A stretch of 64,000 nucleotides of DNA from Octopus bimaculoides (Eukaryota), in assembly GCF_001194135.2 (NCBI RefSeq), contig NC_068982.1, forward strand, positions 25,916,831 through 25,980,830, given 5' to 3'. The notes below the pieces were generated by a model, which ran no database searches, was not told the origin of the DNA, and saw only the letters and a list, made by a program, of their open reading frames with translations. A program made the translations under genes and the position numbers. Of the stretch, positions 51,433 to 64,000 are shown piece by piece (position 1 is the stretch's first letter; the number at the start of each line of letters is the position of its first letter).

Positions 51433-54400
51433 CTACAAAAAAAAAGTATGAACACCTAGAGATAATGATGTTTATTCCCAAGTAGACACTAGAATAGTAC
51501 ATCTAAGGCCAAAGACTTCCAGCTGTAACCAACCTGTTTTTTTTTTTCATTTTTCTGTTCTTCTCTACACTTCACTATCCAATGTACCAACATTTTCAAG
51601 ACAGTAATGTGTGATTTTAGTGAGATTTGTCTGTTACTTTAAGCAAGTCAGGGACACCTTCATCAGCTCAATGTTTTATGTGGTACAATGGCATAGTGAA
51701 GAATGTGCTTTCTAAATTCAAAAAACCCTTAAGAAAGAAGGTATGCAGCTTCTAGAATTATATATAAGCAGAGATAAGCCAATTAGAGAGCTTCTACACG
51801 GTTGGTTGCCTAACTAGAAACAGCAGCTACTCCTCTCTAAAATAACACTACCAGTCTTTAAAAACAAAAAACAAAATTATACAATACAGTTAAAAATTGT
51901 TTGAATAAAAGACATGAACATCATAGCTAGAGTGTCCCTGATCAGGGTTGACCTGGACTAAAAACAACAACCCACCTGTTATAGTTTATTTCTCTCAGAA
52001 ACTTAGGTCATTTGACGTTACTCTTGGAAACCTTTGCAAATAGAAAAAGCAAACGTTATGTAGCCCTAGTTCTGCCATGACTCCACAGATCACTGATCAA
52101 ATCCTTCCAATAGTAACCATTGCATAAGCTCATCGCAGATACACTATTAAAAATGGAATAGTTTCAGGGATAGCTGTGTGGTTACCAAGTTCATTTTGTA
52201 ACAAGTTTCAGGTTCATTTCCGATATGTGGCACATTGGTCAAGTGTCCTTTAACATATCCCCAGGCTGACCACTACTGTGAAAGTGGAATTGGCAGAGAA
52301 ACAGAGGAAGCCTGCTGTGCATGTGCAAGTGAGGATGGATGGATGGATAGAGATAGATATACACACACACACACACACGTGTGCTATATCTATCAGTCCT
52401 CATTAACACTTACTGAACAAAAGAATAGTGTGTTTGCATTCTCTAATAAGCAAAAATAGTTTTAGTGACTTCATTGCTTTTAATTGTGTGAGGACCAGTA
52501 GAATAAAGATACCTTACTTTAAATATCCACTGATTGTCAAGCAGATGGAGAAAAAAAACCCCACAAAGGTACACACACACACAATAGACTTCTTTCAGTT
52601 TCCATCAATCAAATCGATTTACAAGGTTTTGGTTAACCAAGAACTATAGAAGAGAATTACCTAAGGTGCCGCGCAGTGGGACTGAACCCAAAATCACATG
52701 GCTGGGAAGCAATTTTCTTATTTGGCTATCTCTACACCTATAGATTAAGACAGAATGGTTTAAGAAAATAAACCTGCAATGTATGTACAGAGGTGTCACA
52801 CTGAAGTTTCTCCCTTGATTTCCATAAGCTTGTACAAAAGTTTGACTTTATAGCAATTTGAGAAATATAGATTATCCATTAGTTAAAATATAGCAAAGTA
52901 GAAAACATTTTAATGTAATATCACACACAACATAAATCCAGGGACATTTTATCTTTAATGTGCAGCTTGGTTAATGCATCTGCTGTACAGTCATGTGCAC
53001 CTTAGTTTCAGAAGTGGTGAACCACATTTCTGTATATTATAGGAGGTAACTACAACAGTTGGTAATAGAAAGGATACGTGGTTATAAAATCTATCCATTT
53101 TTGCCACCCACTATTTCTGTGTGCGCTGTAGCAGTGGATTCCTCGGGCACCACTTACACAGTATCCCATCAGAAACAAACTTTCCTGCAGAATTCCCAAA
53201 CATGAGTGAGACTATGGTTGTTATCCAACCATATTATTTGTGGTCTACCCCCAGATCTACTACCTGTTGGTTTAAACTGAAGAATCTATATTTATTTCCA
53301 TGCTGACATAAATTGAATTTATATCAACATGAAAAATTGGACATAACAATCATACACTAACTAAAGGTAAAACCCAGAATTTAGTGAAGGTCAGTAACAA
53401 AGGTAATAGGAAATTTATGTTCAGTGAACTTACTGATACCCAACAAACTCTTTTAGATTTACACTGACTACAACTGTTCTAACACTCAGGGGATAATCTG
53501 CTGCTCTGCTACTACAACACCCTGAACTCACTGAACCATCACTAGTTGTTTGTTGACCTTTTGACCTGCAACTGCAGTGGCTCAGCTCAAGTTTTTTTTT
53601 TCTTCCCCTCTGAATTTATCAGTGACAGTGATAAAATAAAGCTTTGTCATTCCATCAATAATAAATGATGCAGAAGCTAAAATCCAAACAGAAAACATCA
53701 ACTAACTAAAGCAAGGAAAAAGCTTTAATTTCACTTGTTAGATATAGCAGCAAAATCCCTTGAAATCTCATTCTGTTGTCTTAAAATGGAGGGGCACATT
53801 AAAGACTACAGTTATGGATGCACATTGCCGGAACAGATACAGATGACTACAGCTAAAATGGTTTTCCTCATAGGTCTGCATTATCCGACCTGGTGCTAAA
53901 TAAGCAACAAAACCAAAATAAGTGGCTTTTATATGGTCATTCAAGTGGCTGGTAGCAGAAAATTCAAATACTGTCTTGCAAAAGAGGATGCATAGGATAC
54001 TGTAGAAAAAGATATCAGCATTCATTTATCATTTTAAATGTCATCCTCCTGTTGATATCACTTCACAAAAGGTAACTACAAACTGTTTACATGTAGTTTG
54101 AAAGGAAGGTTTAACAAAGTCATATCACTTTGAAAGATTTAGGCCAGCAAAGGAGAGTTGCAGTCATACAAGAAGTTTCAGAGTCAGCAGAAGCTGAATT
54201 GAATGCTGGTTGAGAAGAAACATCTTGAAATGGACTGTTGGTGGGGAAACAAGGAAAATACCTTTCTACTGAAGAATTAATAAATTTGGCAAAACACTAG
54301 AATACCAAAAGAAAAGAGAGAGACAAAGATGTAGAGAAGATGGAAAACTGGTGCCCTTTATCAATTTCCTCCTAATGTAAACTCTTTGGTTGATGAGTGC

Positions 54401-55137
54401 AGCAATATCAATCATGGCTAGAATTGAAATCAATTTGTAAAGGAGTTTAAATGAAGCGTAAGTACTTTATGAAATTCTTAAGAAATGGAAAACCATAACA
54501 AACTTTAGCTTCATATTTCAGGAATGTTCAGAAATTTAATTTAGCTTGTCATTGACGATTGATTCTTAAGGCCACCATTGTACAACCAAAGTTGTATCTA
54601 GCCTCACAGTTGAATGAGATAAACACAAGTGTATTTGCAATTTTTATGGCAGCATGAACTTCTACACAAAATCAGAAGTACACAATATATTTACATAATT
54701 TGTTTTAGTAATTCAGGTAGTATTTTATTAGGCTATTTATTTCATACATTAAAACAAATTTAATATGGAAACCACTATCTCATTTTATTGAGAGTATTAG
54801 TAATAATGTCAAACAATGTTTTTATAAGTGCCATTTTGGTTAGTCTGTCCAGTTTACTTTAGTGGAAAGAAAAAAAATCTATTCCATGTTCAGATACTTC
54901 AGAGACTACTTGGGATTGGAGGTTTATGATCTTTATTGACTATCAAATAAACATTCTGAGGAGGATTAGCAGGCCAAAACTTCGAAGCCGTTGTCACTTG
55001 TAAATAAATAATATGTACTCTACAAAAAGTACCCACACATGCATGGAAGTCAGGGGTTAAACGATTATGAGGATGATGACTTTATAGATGTAAATTAATA
55101 AATATTCAATCATGAATGACCATGGGTGGGAGATATC

Positions 55138-55700
55138 ACCCATCATTATTGAGCTTCCATTGTCCATTCTGGCATGGGTTGGACAGTTTGACTACAGCTG
55201 GCAAGTTGGGGAGCTACACTAGACTCCAGTCTGAATTTGGCATAGTTTCTATGGCTGGATGCCCTTCCTAATGTCAACCACTTTACAGAGTGTTGGACAC
55301 TTTTACATGGTACTACACAGGTGCTTTTTACACAACACTGCCACAAGTGCTTTTTACATGGCACCATTCCAGGATTCTTGCAGGTCAATCCTCACCACCA
55401 AGGAGACTGGTCTTAACACTTCTGCAGCAGAGTATGGGTCATCTTGAGTACATTAAGGCATTTCTGTCCTTTCTCATCTCACCTGAAAAGTTCAGCATCT
55501 GGAGGTCATCCGTCAGCACTTCATCCCATGTGTTCCTAGGCCACCCACTTCAACGTGTTCCATGTACTTTGAGAGATCAGCACTTATTTATGGAGCTGTT
55601 GGCATCCATCCACATCACATGAACTAACCAGTGCAGTCTGCTCTCTTTCACACAGCAACTAATTCCCCTTCTGCCTAACTTCTCTGTAAAAGCACTAGCA
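55138..55700 (-). mobile_element. RTE-clade LINE 3' remnant
   Basis: Hand translation ESRLHWLVHVMWM...GWPRNTWDEVLTDDL matches the RTE ORF2 C-terminus, followed by 3' UTR and a (CAT)-type tail on the plus strand. Confidence 0.75.
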
Positions 55701-55760
55701 CTGTCAAGCATGTACACTTACATTACACTTTCAATATACATATATATATATATATATATA

Positions 55761-57232
55761 AATAAACTGAAACACAAAAGTAATGTCGCACACATACTAA
55801 ATAGAAACTAGTTTATTAACAGACTGCCATAGCATTGATTGAAGAATGCTAATTAAGAAACCGTTCTTTCCTAATGATAAAATGTCATTTCCTGAAACAT
55901 GTTTGACGTCACATGGTGTCACGTGATGACAGAGTGTCCTGGATCCAAAGAGATGAACTCAATATCTCATGTGACCACCATTAGCATTGGTCACTGCCAG
56001 GCATCTTTTGTACATTAAATGCACTAAACAATTGATGAAGGCCACAAGTATAGCAGTGCAGACTGTTAAAACTTACAGTTGAGTTGGGCCACTGTTGTCG
56101 GCCTTGGACAGATGTCATTTGGCCTTCTTTGGATTCTGTCCCAGAGGTGTTCTATGGGGTTCAAGTCTGGACTTAGGGCAGGCCATGGCAGTGTCTGGAT
56201 GTTGTGTTGTTGCAGGAAGTCTGTTGTCAACCTGGCAGTATGGGTACAGGCATTGTTGTGTTGGAACACGATTCCAATGACGGGCAAAGTATGACACAAT
56301 GTGAAACCTCAACACTTGGTCAATGTAGCAAGTAGCAGTTACTTCATTGCCCCAGCCTTGGCCAATGTTTTGGAAGACCACCGGTTCAAGTTTCTGGTTG
56401 AGTGCAATCTGGCCCCATACCATGATGCTCTGTCCTCCCCACGAGTTTCTCTCCACCACACAGCCATCGGCATGATGTTCACCACTTCTCCAAACCCTAG
56501 CTTTGCCATCTGCCACAGAAATGCAATATCGACTTTCAGAGAAGACTACAATCCTAAGCAGCTGATATCACCAGTTCTGACGTTTTGGAGCCCACTGCAG
56601 ACGTTCCTGTCAATGATGATCTGTGAGGATGGGGCCCCTAGCCAGACATCGACAACACAGATTGAAAGATCTCAGCCAGCAGCGAGCTGTCTCTGTGGCT
56701 AGTCCCTATGGTCTGCCTCGCTGATATCTGTTGCCCTCTGGAATCAGTCCAGCAAGTGCTGTCAGTGAAGGTGGTCATCCTGACGTGCCATTGTAAACTT
56801 CGATCAGTGACTGCGTGGATGATCATCCATGTTTGTGGCATTGTATCATTCCCTCAGCTTCTCAATTGTCCGAATACTGCAGTTCCAGTCATTAGCAATG
56901 ACCCATGGGCGTTCACCAGCATGGAGACATCTCACGGCTTCTTCCCTCTAATTTCACGTTAGTCTTGGCATGCTTGCTGCATTCGGGAAACGAATGACAG
57001 GCTGGTAAATTGGGGTGCTTTTTATACCCAATGAGTCAACATTTTGCACATGCTTTTCATGAAGATGCATTCGCAAGCATTACCATGTTCATGAAAAGTA
57101 TGTAACCCTTGTGTTTTCAAAAGAGTGGTGTTGTGGATCAGTGACATCTTCCTGATGTCACCTTACCTAGAAATGTGATAAAATCCATAAAATCTCAATA
57201 TCATTTGAAAAATCTTTTACAGTGCGACGTTT

Positions 57233-57235
<3 letters not shown>
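55761..57235 (-). mobile_element. defective Tc1-family (DD34E) DNA transposon
   Basis: Frameshifted transposase pieces VFS-ESRY...DGKARVWR...GGQSIMVWG and FQHNNA...WPALSPDLNPIEHLWD, with 34 residues between the D2 position and E. Residual TIR AAGTAATGTCGCAC (55778-55791) versus revcomp AAGAAACGTCGCAC (57222-57235). Flanked by (TA)n. Confidence 0.9.
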
Positions 57236-57263
<28 letters not shown>

Positions 57264-57667
57264 NNNNNNNNNNNNNNNNNNNNNNNNNNNNNNNNNNNNN
57301 NNNNNNNNNNNNNNNNNNNNNNNNNNNNNNNNNNNNNNNNNNNNNNNNNNNNNNNNNNNNNNNNNNNNNNNNNNNNNNNNNNNNNNNNNNNNNNNNNNNN
57401 NNNNNNNNNNNNNNNNNNNNNNNNNNNNNNNNNNNNNNNNNNNNNNNNNNNNNNNNNNNNNNNNNNNNNNNNNNNNNNNNNNNNNNNNNNNNNNNNNNNN
57501 NNNNNNNNNNNNNNNNNNNNNNNNNNNNNNNNNNNNNNNNNNNNNNNNNNNNNNNNNNNNNNNNNNNNNNNNNNNNNNNNNNNNNNNNNNNNNNNTATAT
57601 ATATATATATATATACGTATATATATAATAACTAAAATATATATGCACACATGTACATATATTTATA

Positions 57668-57712
<45 letters not shown>

Positions 57713-58908
57713 GCATATATGGGTACAGGACATCACAAAACATAAGTATGAAATACGAAATATGAAGACAAGCTTTGGTATGCAAACAACAAGAGAAACA
57801 TATGGAAAACAAGACAAGTAACATAAAAAAAAACGGCCCTTCATCAGTTGTCGGCTGTCTCCCTACTCTATAAAGGATTCAATGAGTGTACTGTATGTAA
57901 ATGTGTGAGTACACGTGTACTTAATGTCGGACAGAATAGGGCAAAAAGTTGGCAGTTTTATGACCTGCTGCTGCCCTGAGTTTTATAACTTTTTATCTCC
58001 TTTAACTGATAAAGTATTTGCTTAATGTCAACTCAAAGTTGCAGCATGTCTGAGGTTCTCAACAGCAATATTAGTTATAAATTTATATAAGTCAATTTAA
58101 ATAATATAGTACTTTGATCTCTTCACTCCTTGCATGCCTGTTCAAGTTACACTGAATTTTCCTGAATATTTGCATGTTATTTTTTTAAAGAACCACTAAT
58201 TTAACAATGTTGGATTTGCCCATGCTGATATATGAAATATCACTTGTTTGAAATCTTCCTCATTTAAAATTTCACCCGGGAGAAACATTTTTTTTTTTTT
58301 GAAAAGAGAAGAGATAGAAAAACACATTCGCTCTTTTAAATGTCCATGCAGGAAAAGAAAGATGGTCACATGAGGAAAAGAAAGATGGACGATGGTCACA
58401 TGTGAGCAACAAGAGAGAGAGAAAAATGGAATTAGAGAAGGATAGAGGAAGAAAATAGCACAGAGTCTCATCAAAAAAGTGAAGATTTTTCTCTTTTCAA
58501 AAAACTGTTTCTCCCAACGTTCACTATTTTCTTCTCGTTCTGGTCTAACGACCCTCCATGTTTGTTTTCGTTCGGTTTCCTTGTATATCTCCACTGTCAT
58601 TTTTTGTAACTAACTTTGACCCTCCATGAAATCCTAAATTTTATTTTAGAATTTATGGGAGCAACCGTCTTTGAAGACTCATATTGTTATTGAATGCTCA
58701 AAATGAGGAGTAGATAGACAGCCGCCAATTGATGATGGGTCCTTCCTGTGTTTACTTGTCCCGTTTCCCATTTTCCCCCGTAGTTTACTTATTTCACTCA
58801 TTTTTCCCTCGTTTGTTTACGTATTTCATGTTACACTGTTGGTGACATCCTGTAACCATATATGCATATATATATATATTATATATATATATATATATAT
58901 TATGTCCA

Positions 58909-58943
<35 letters not shown>

Positions 58944-58949
58944 GAGCGT

Positions 58950-59175
58950 GCATGTACAGAGACGTGTAGCTTATTAAGATGTTGCACTCCTGATAAGATT
59001 GTGGTTTCGATTTCTGAACCAGGCAATGTGTTGTGTTCTTACGCATAACACTTCATTTCACATTGGTCCAGTCCACTCAGCTGATAAAAATGAGTAATCT
59101 TGCAACGAACTGGCGTTTTATCCAGGGGGGGAATTTATAGGCACAGCATCAAAGAAACCAGCCTTATGAGCCTAT
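58950..59175 (+). mobile_element. SINE with a different tRNA-like head
   Basis: gtgtagcttattaagatgttgcactc...gtggtttcgatttctgaacc (B-box-like gtttcga)...ccagtccactcagctg. Confidence 0.55.
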
Positions 59176-59426
59176 GGCTCAGAATGGGCATTTGATCTCC
59201 TTTTTGATGGCACCTGTACCAGTGGAGCGCTAAGAACACTGTCCGAGCGTGATCGTTGCCAGAGCAGCTGTCTGGCTTCCGTGCCAGTGGCACGTAAATA
59301 GCACCATTTGAGCGTGATCGTTACCAGCGTCGCCTTCCTGGCACTTGTGCCGGTGGCAAGTGTAAAGACATTCGAGCGAGGTCGTTGCCAGTGCCGCTGG
59401 ACTGGCTCCTGTGCAGGTGGCACGTA
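59175..59426 (+). repeat. ~60-bp tandem-unit repeat, same family as 40259-40507 in opposite orientation, runs into an N-gap
   Basis: Repeated gagcg(t/a)g(a/g)tcgtt(g/a)ccag...gtgc..gtggcac units. Confidence 0.75.
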
Positions 59427-59849
59427 ANNNNNNNNNNNNNNNNNNNNNNNNNNNNNNNNNNNNNNNNNNNNNNNNNNNNNNNNNNNNNNNNNNNNNNNNN
59501 NNNNNNNNNNNNNNNNNNNNNNNNNNNNNNNNNNNNNNNNNNNNNNNNNNNNNNNNNNNNNNNNNNNNNNNNNNNNNNNNNNNNNNNNNNNNNNNNNNNN
59601 NNNNNNNNNNNNNNNNNNNNNNNNNNNNNNNNNNNNNNNNNNNNNNNNNNNNNNNNNNNNNNNNNNNNNNNNNNNNNNNNNNNNNNNNNNNNNNNNNNNN
59701 NNNNNNNNNNNNNNNNNNNNNNNNNNNNNNNNNNNNNNNNNNNNNNNNNNNNNNNNNNNNNNNNNNNNNNNNNNNNNNNNNNNNNNNNNNNNNNNNNNNN
59801 NNNNNNNNNNNNNNNNNNNNNNNNNNNNNNNNNNNNNNNNNNNNNNNNN

Positions 59850-59880
<31 letters not shown>

Positions 59881-61534
59881 ACCAGGCTGGAAAAATAATC
59901 GTATATATATGCGCGATTGTTGTTCTTTAGCCACAGGTCTATCGTAATCAAGAAGAGATATTAGCAAAGGCATTCCAGTCATTACCATCATGTCACATTA
60001 TCTTATGTGTCCTTCTTTCCTTGAAGTGTTAGGATGTGATTTTATGTAGCAGGTAACCACAAAGAGACGATCTTATATATTAGTATAAGATGGTTGCGTG
60101 CCTTTAAATTAAACAAGGGAACGTCGCTATTTGATCAACAAAATTTTATCAAATAAATATAATCAAATAAAATCGCTTGCTGGCAATACCTTAATGTGGC
60201 CGCAATCCAATGACAAACTTGTAAAGAAAACTTAAGTGGCTTCCATACGATCGATGGATACAGACGGACAAGAGGCGCGAAAGACAGTAAAATAGGTGTC
60301 CAATTTAGTGTCTCGACAACACAAAAACAGTCACTAATCATACACAGCAAGTAAAACAATTGTATTTTACACTTTCAGTCCCGTGAAACAAAATCTCAAA
60401 GTGGCTACAACTACGCGGCCGCACAGCCACTGGTGAATTTTTGCTAGCAGATAGCACAAATCAAAAACTAGCTTCCTTTTCAGGACCAAAAAATCCTTCA
60501 GCTCATAGCAGCTGCTAACTCTTTACTAAATTCAAATAACACCCAATATAAACAAGTGTTCCTAACACTTAAGACAAATGCTACATCCAAAGAAACATCC
60601 GAGACTGCCTCCAAAGAAGGAAGAGAACCGACTGGTTGACAAACGCTAACCAACAACGAACAACCTGTTGCTTCTACAGATGTAGAGCTTTCCTCGTTCT
60701 ACTTACACAATGTTGCTATAATAATTTGTTCTTTTAACTGGCTAATTTTGTATCATCTTCACCTATGCCAGCACTCCAGTAACACTGGTGTCTCGCCTCC
60801 CCTAGTCTAAACACCATTAACCACTAGTAATTCTTTCTCTATACTTCGTCAAACCCCGGGATTCTTTTCAGCCTTTTTCATCCCCCATTCATCCAACGTT
60901 TTGCCTGCAGGCAATGACTTCCAGATGATCAAACTGAACACAAACCGTGTCAATCACATTCCTCTCAAAAGCCCTGTAAATTAATTACGCACTACCCATT
61001 CTTTCTGAGTTAAAAGGACAGAGAATGATAGAATGATTTGACAAACGGAAACGAATACACTGACCAATAGAAAACAAACGACATGTGTAGTGACGTTGTA
61101 ATATCACCTAAAGTTTGTGGTTGCCCCTCACTATTAAGTGACCAAATGATATTACACAGCTACTGACAAGAGAATTATACTGGCGTTGAAACTACTTGAG
61201 AAAGTTTATAGGCTCTAAGTTACTAATACATACCTGGTGTTTATAATATTTGTTAGAAATGAGAAAGGAGTGTTTGACTATTATAGATTCTTTTTTCCGA
61301 TAAATAGTGACAAAATTCACATACAATGACTCAGGGCAGGTACGCGACATAACGATTAGCCACGTTTTGTCCAAGGTGAAGGTCAACATTCCTTTGATTA
61401 AGGTAACAGCTCAGATAATGAAGGAAGTAATTTAAAATACTGATAAAAAATAAAGTGATATATAAAAATTGACAGTTAATCTATGGCTACCAATATATTG
61501 TAAAGAAGCTATAAATGATTTTATATGAACACAA

Positions 61535-61589
<55 letters not shown>

Positions 61590-63401
61590 TTCAAGTAGTG
61601 TAAAGAGAGAAGCTATTTTAAATTGGGAGTTATTTTCTCTAAAAAAAATATTTTGCTTCGACAAATATATTATCAATACTTGGAAAGATAAAATAAGTAC
61701 CAGGTATGTACTAAGGTATATTCAAAATTGTCGCCATGTTCTGACAAATGAGATATAAGAAATTATTAATATTATTACTACTATGCCCAACCCTGAGTAA
61801 ATGTTTGAATAGAATATCAACAAAATCAGGTAAGCAGTGCCAAGGAAACACTGACATACATATAAACAGGTTAGTTGACGGAGCTAAATACTTAACGCAC
61901 TTATTGCTTGTAAACTAAATATTTTCACACCAAACAAGAAAAAAATACTTCTGGAGACGTATATACAGGTGTGTGAACTTTTAATATGATTCAAAAATAT
62001 ATTAATTACTCATAAACACAGGAGAAACTCACAATAAACTACTGCAGCAACAAAACTTGTTCTGATATTATTGTTTAGTCCCAGGTCAGCTCAGACCAAG
62101 CAAACTTTTGACCAAGACATTGCAGACCGGATGATCCAGCTCCCCAACCAAAGAAAAATAAAGCGTATCTATCACTACATTTAGCGGATTTTTTGTTTTC
62201 TTATAACATTTGAGGAAGATTAAGCTGTTATTTCTAGAGACCTAGTAGACCCCCAAACTGTTGGCTTGACAACGAAGTTAGCACTTCAACTGATGACACT
62301 CACATCTCGGATGCATTATAAGAATACTAAATCGAACTGAGTGCTTCACGGTTACTTTACCGACCTCGGGAAGATGAAAAACAAAGTCAACTTCTGAGGA
62401 ATTTAAATTGAAAAAGTAGTAATCAACTCTAAACTAATGTTAAAAACCTTTTGTCAAAACTGATGCGAGAGTCATTTACTATATGAGGTGGTCACTTAAC
62501 TAAAGAAATAGTTAAAAATTAAACTGTCAGTTTATATAAACGTTAAATCTTTAAACAAATATAAACCTGCATTAAAATTTAAAATATTTATTATAAAGAA
62601 AGAGCGAGAGATAGCTACATAAATATTGCTGTCCAACTGTCCTTGGATTAAGCGACCACATCAACAAAAAACGTGCCTTTGAATGGCTTATCTCATATTT
62701 CTTGACAACTAATGTTTGTTTTCTTCTCGGACATTTTTAAAACTGCAATGAAATTTTCAAGGCTAAAAGAAATAACAAACGAAAACAATTTTCCTCCAAC
62801 TTGCCAAATAATAAAATTATAGTTTGTGTTAAGTGTCAAACACATCAATAAGAAGTAACTATTATAAAAAAGACTACAGGTTACAAGAAACCAGAAAAAG
62901 GGGGTGGAGAGACACTTATAGCATGCTTCTACATAGGTAACACTAATAACAGAAGCATTGATTCTTAACACTGTAAAAGGTATTTTTTATACTTTATAAC
63001 TCGATAATATTTGTTCATTTTCATGTTCCTCTTTCTAAGATAAAGATAACAGGGATATTACAGAGGGAAGAAGAGATTTGGAGACATTTTGAGCGACTAT
63101 GTTAAAAAAAAAAAAAAAAGCTCCCAACAAACCTTCCAGGAAGGAACTGACTGCCTACATAGCAGCAAATTATCCCCTATTTAAATGATTGCTACGGAGA
63201 AAAATGAACTGGAATAACTTCAATGGGAAGAACTAAATACTACAAAACACATTAGATAGATACATGACATACATTCATTCGACAAGTGACTATTTTATGT
63301 TTAAAATAATAAACAAAATTTCGTTTAACAAAGAATTATATACATTATATATACACAAACAGTGAATTCGCACACGCGACTTAAGAATTATATTTACTCA
63401 C

Positions 63402-63600
63402 CTGGTAGCTAAACACAGGAAAAAGTAGACAGGACAGGGGTAAGTACTATAAACTGTGTTTAAATCATAAACAATGAAGAGTTTGACTACGCACCGTCAA
63501 ACCAGTTAAGTGGGTGGCTGAAAAACGAAAGGTGCGCTATTTAGATACACTACCGTTCTTGGTGTTATAACATACTCGGCATTCGAGCTTATTGAATGTA
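63402..63600 (-). promoter_or_regulatory. candidate first (non-coding) exon / TSS region of alpha-catenin
   Basis: Consensus donor CAG|GTGAGT at 63402/63401 within the CpG-retaining end of the window. The upstream boundary is not determinable. Confidence 0.35.
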
Positions 63601-63961
63601 AAACTTAACATGAAACGAAACGAAATAGATTAATAAATATTCTGCTATTTATTTCTAATTGTTTTCTTTTTTTTTTAATCGGAATATTTTTGAGAAATTC
63701 TTATAGATACATATAATCATTTCTATAAATATATCAATTTATATTACAATATAAGTAAGGATATTTTTCATTAATTAAAAATATAGCGTCTGTGTTTGTG
63801 CACAATAACAGGTGAAAAAAGAAATTTTACTTGTATTTTTCATTGGCAAAAAGTTACCAATCTCTTTGCCTTAAAGTCACGATGTAACGTTCTTATGAAT
63901 AAGAATATATATTATGTGTGTTTACATTTGTGTGTGTATGTGTATGTATTAAATACGTATG

Positions 63962-63995
<34 letters not shown>

Positions 63996-64000
63996 TATAT

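Noticed and set aside
58196-58600. 134-aa minus-strand ORF
   Set aside because: It has low-complexity composition, overlaps an interspersed repeat and has no recognisable domain.

Overview
Draft-assembly eukaryotic DNA: AT-rich, CpG-depleted, 8 N-gaps and abundant (TA)n/(CA)n microsatellites. The repeat families look like those of octopus, which is my inference and not database-confirmed. The window is almost entirely one minus-strand gene, alpha-catenin (CTNNA family). I traced 12 coding exons from the ATG at 45936 down to 795. They join into an uninterrupted 1744-nt reading frame (581 codons + 1 nt) covering the N-terminal and M domains, and the C-terminal exons lie left of the window. Ten of the 11 introns between these exons are GT-AG and one is GC-AG. 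One intron is 20.8 kb and sits at the position of the vertebrate LRRTM-hosting intron. The region 46-64 kb appears to be 5' UTR intron plus a candidate promoter. The rest is decayed mobile DNA: Tc1, mariner, pogo, a hAT MITE, Penelope-like, RTE and SINEs, several arranged as foldback inverted repeats. Most of the supplied ORF track is spurious (microsatellite, N-gap or exon read-through). I found no well-supported novel multi-gene system. The best leads are a candidate internal promoter in the large intron, candidate restorative A-to-I sites, the GC-AG donor, a candidate cassette microexon and the foldback elements.
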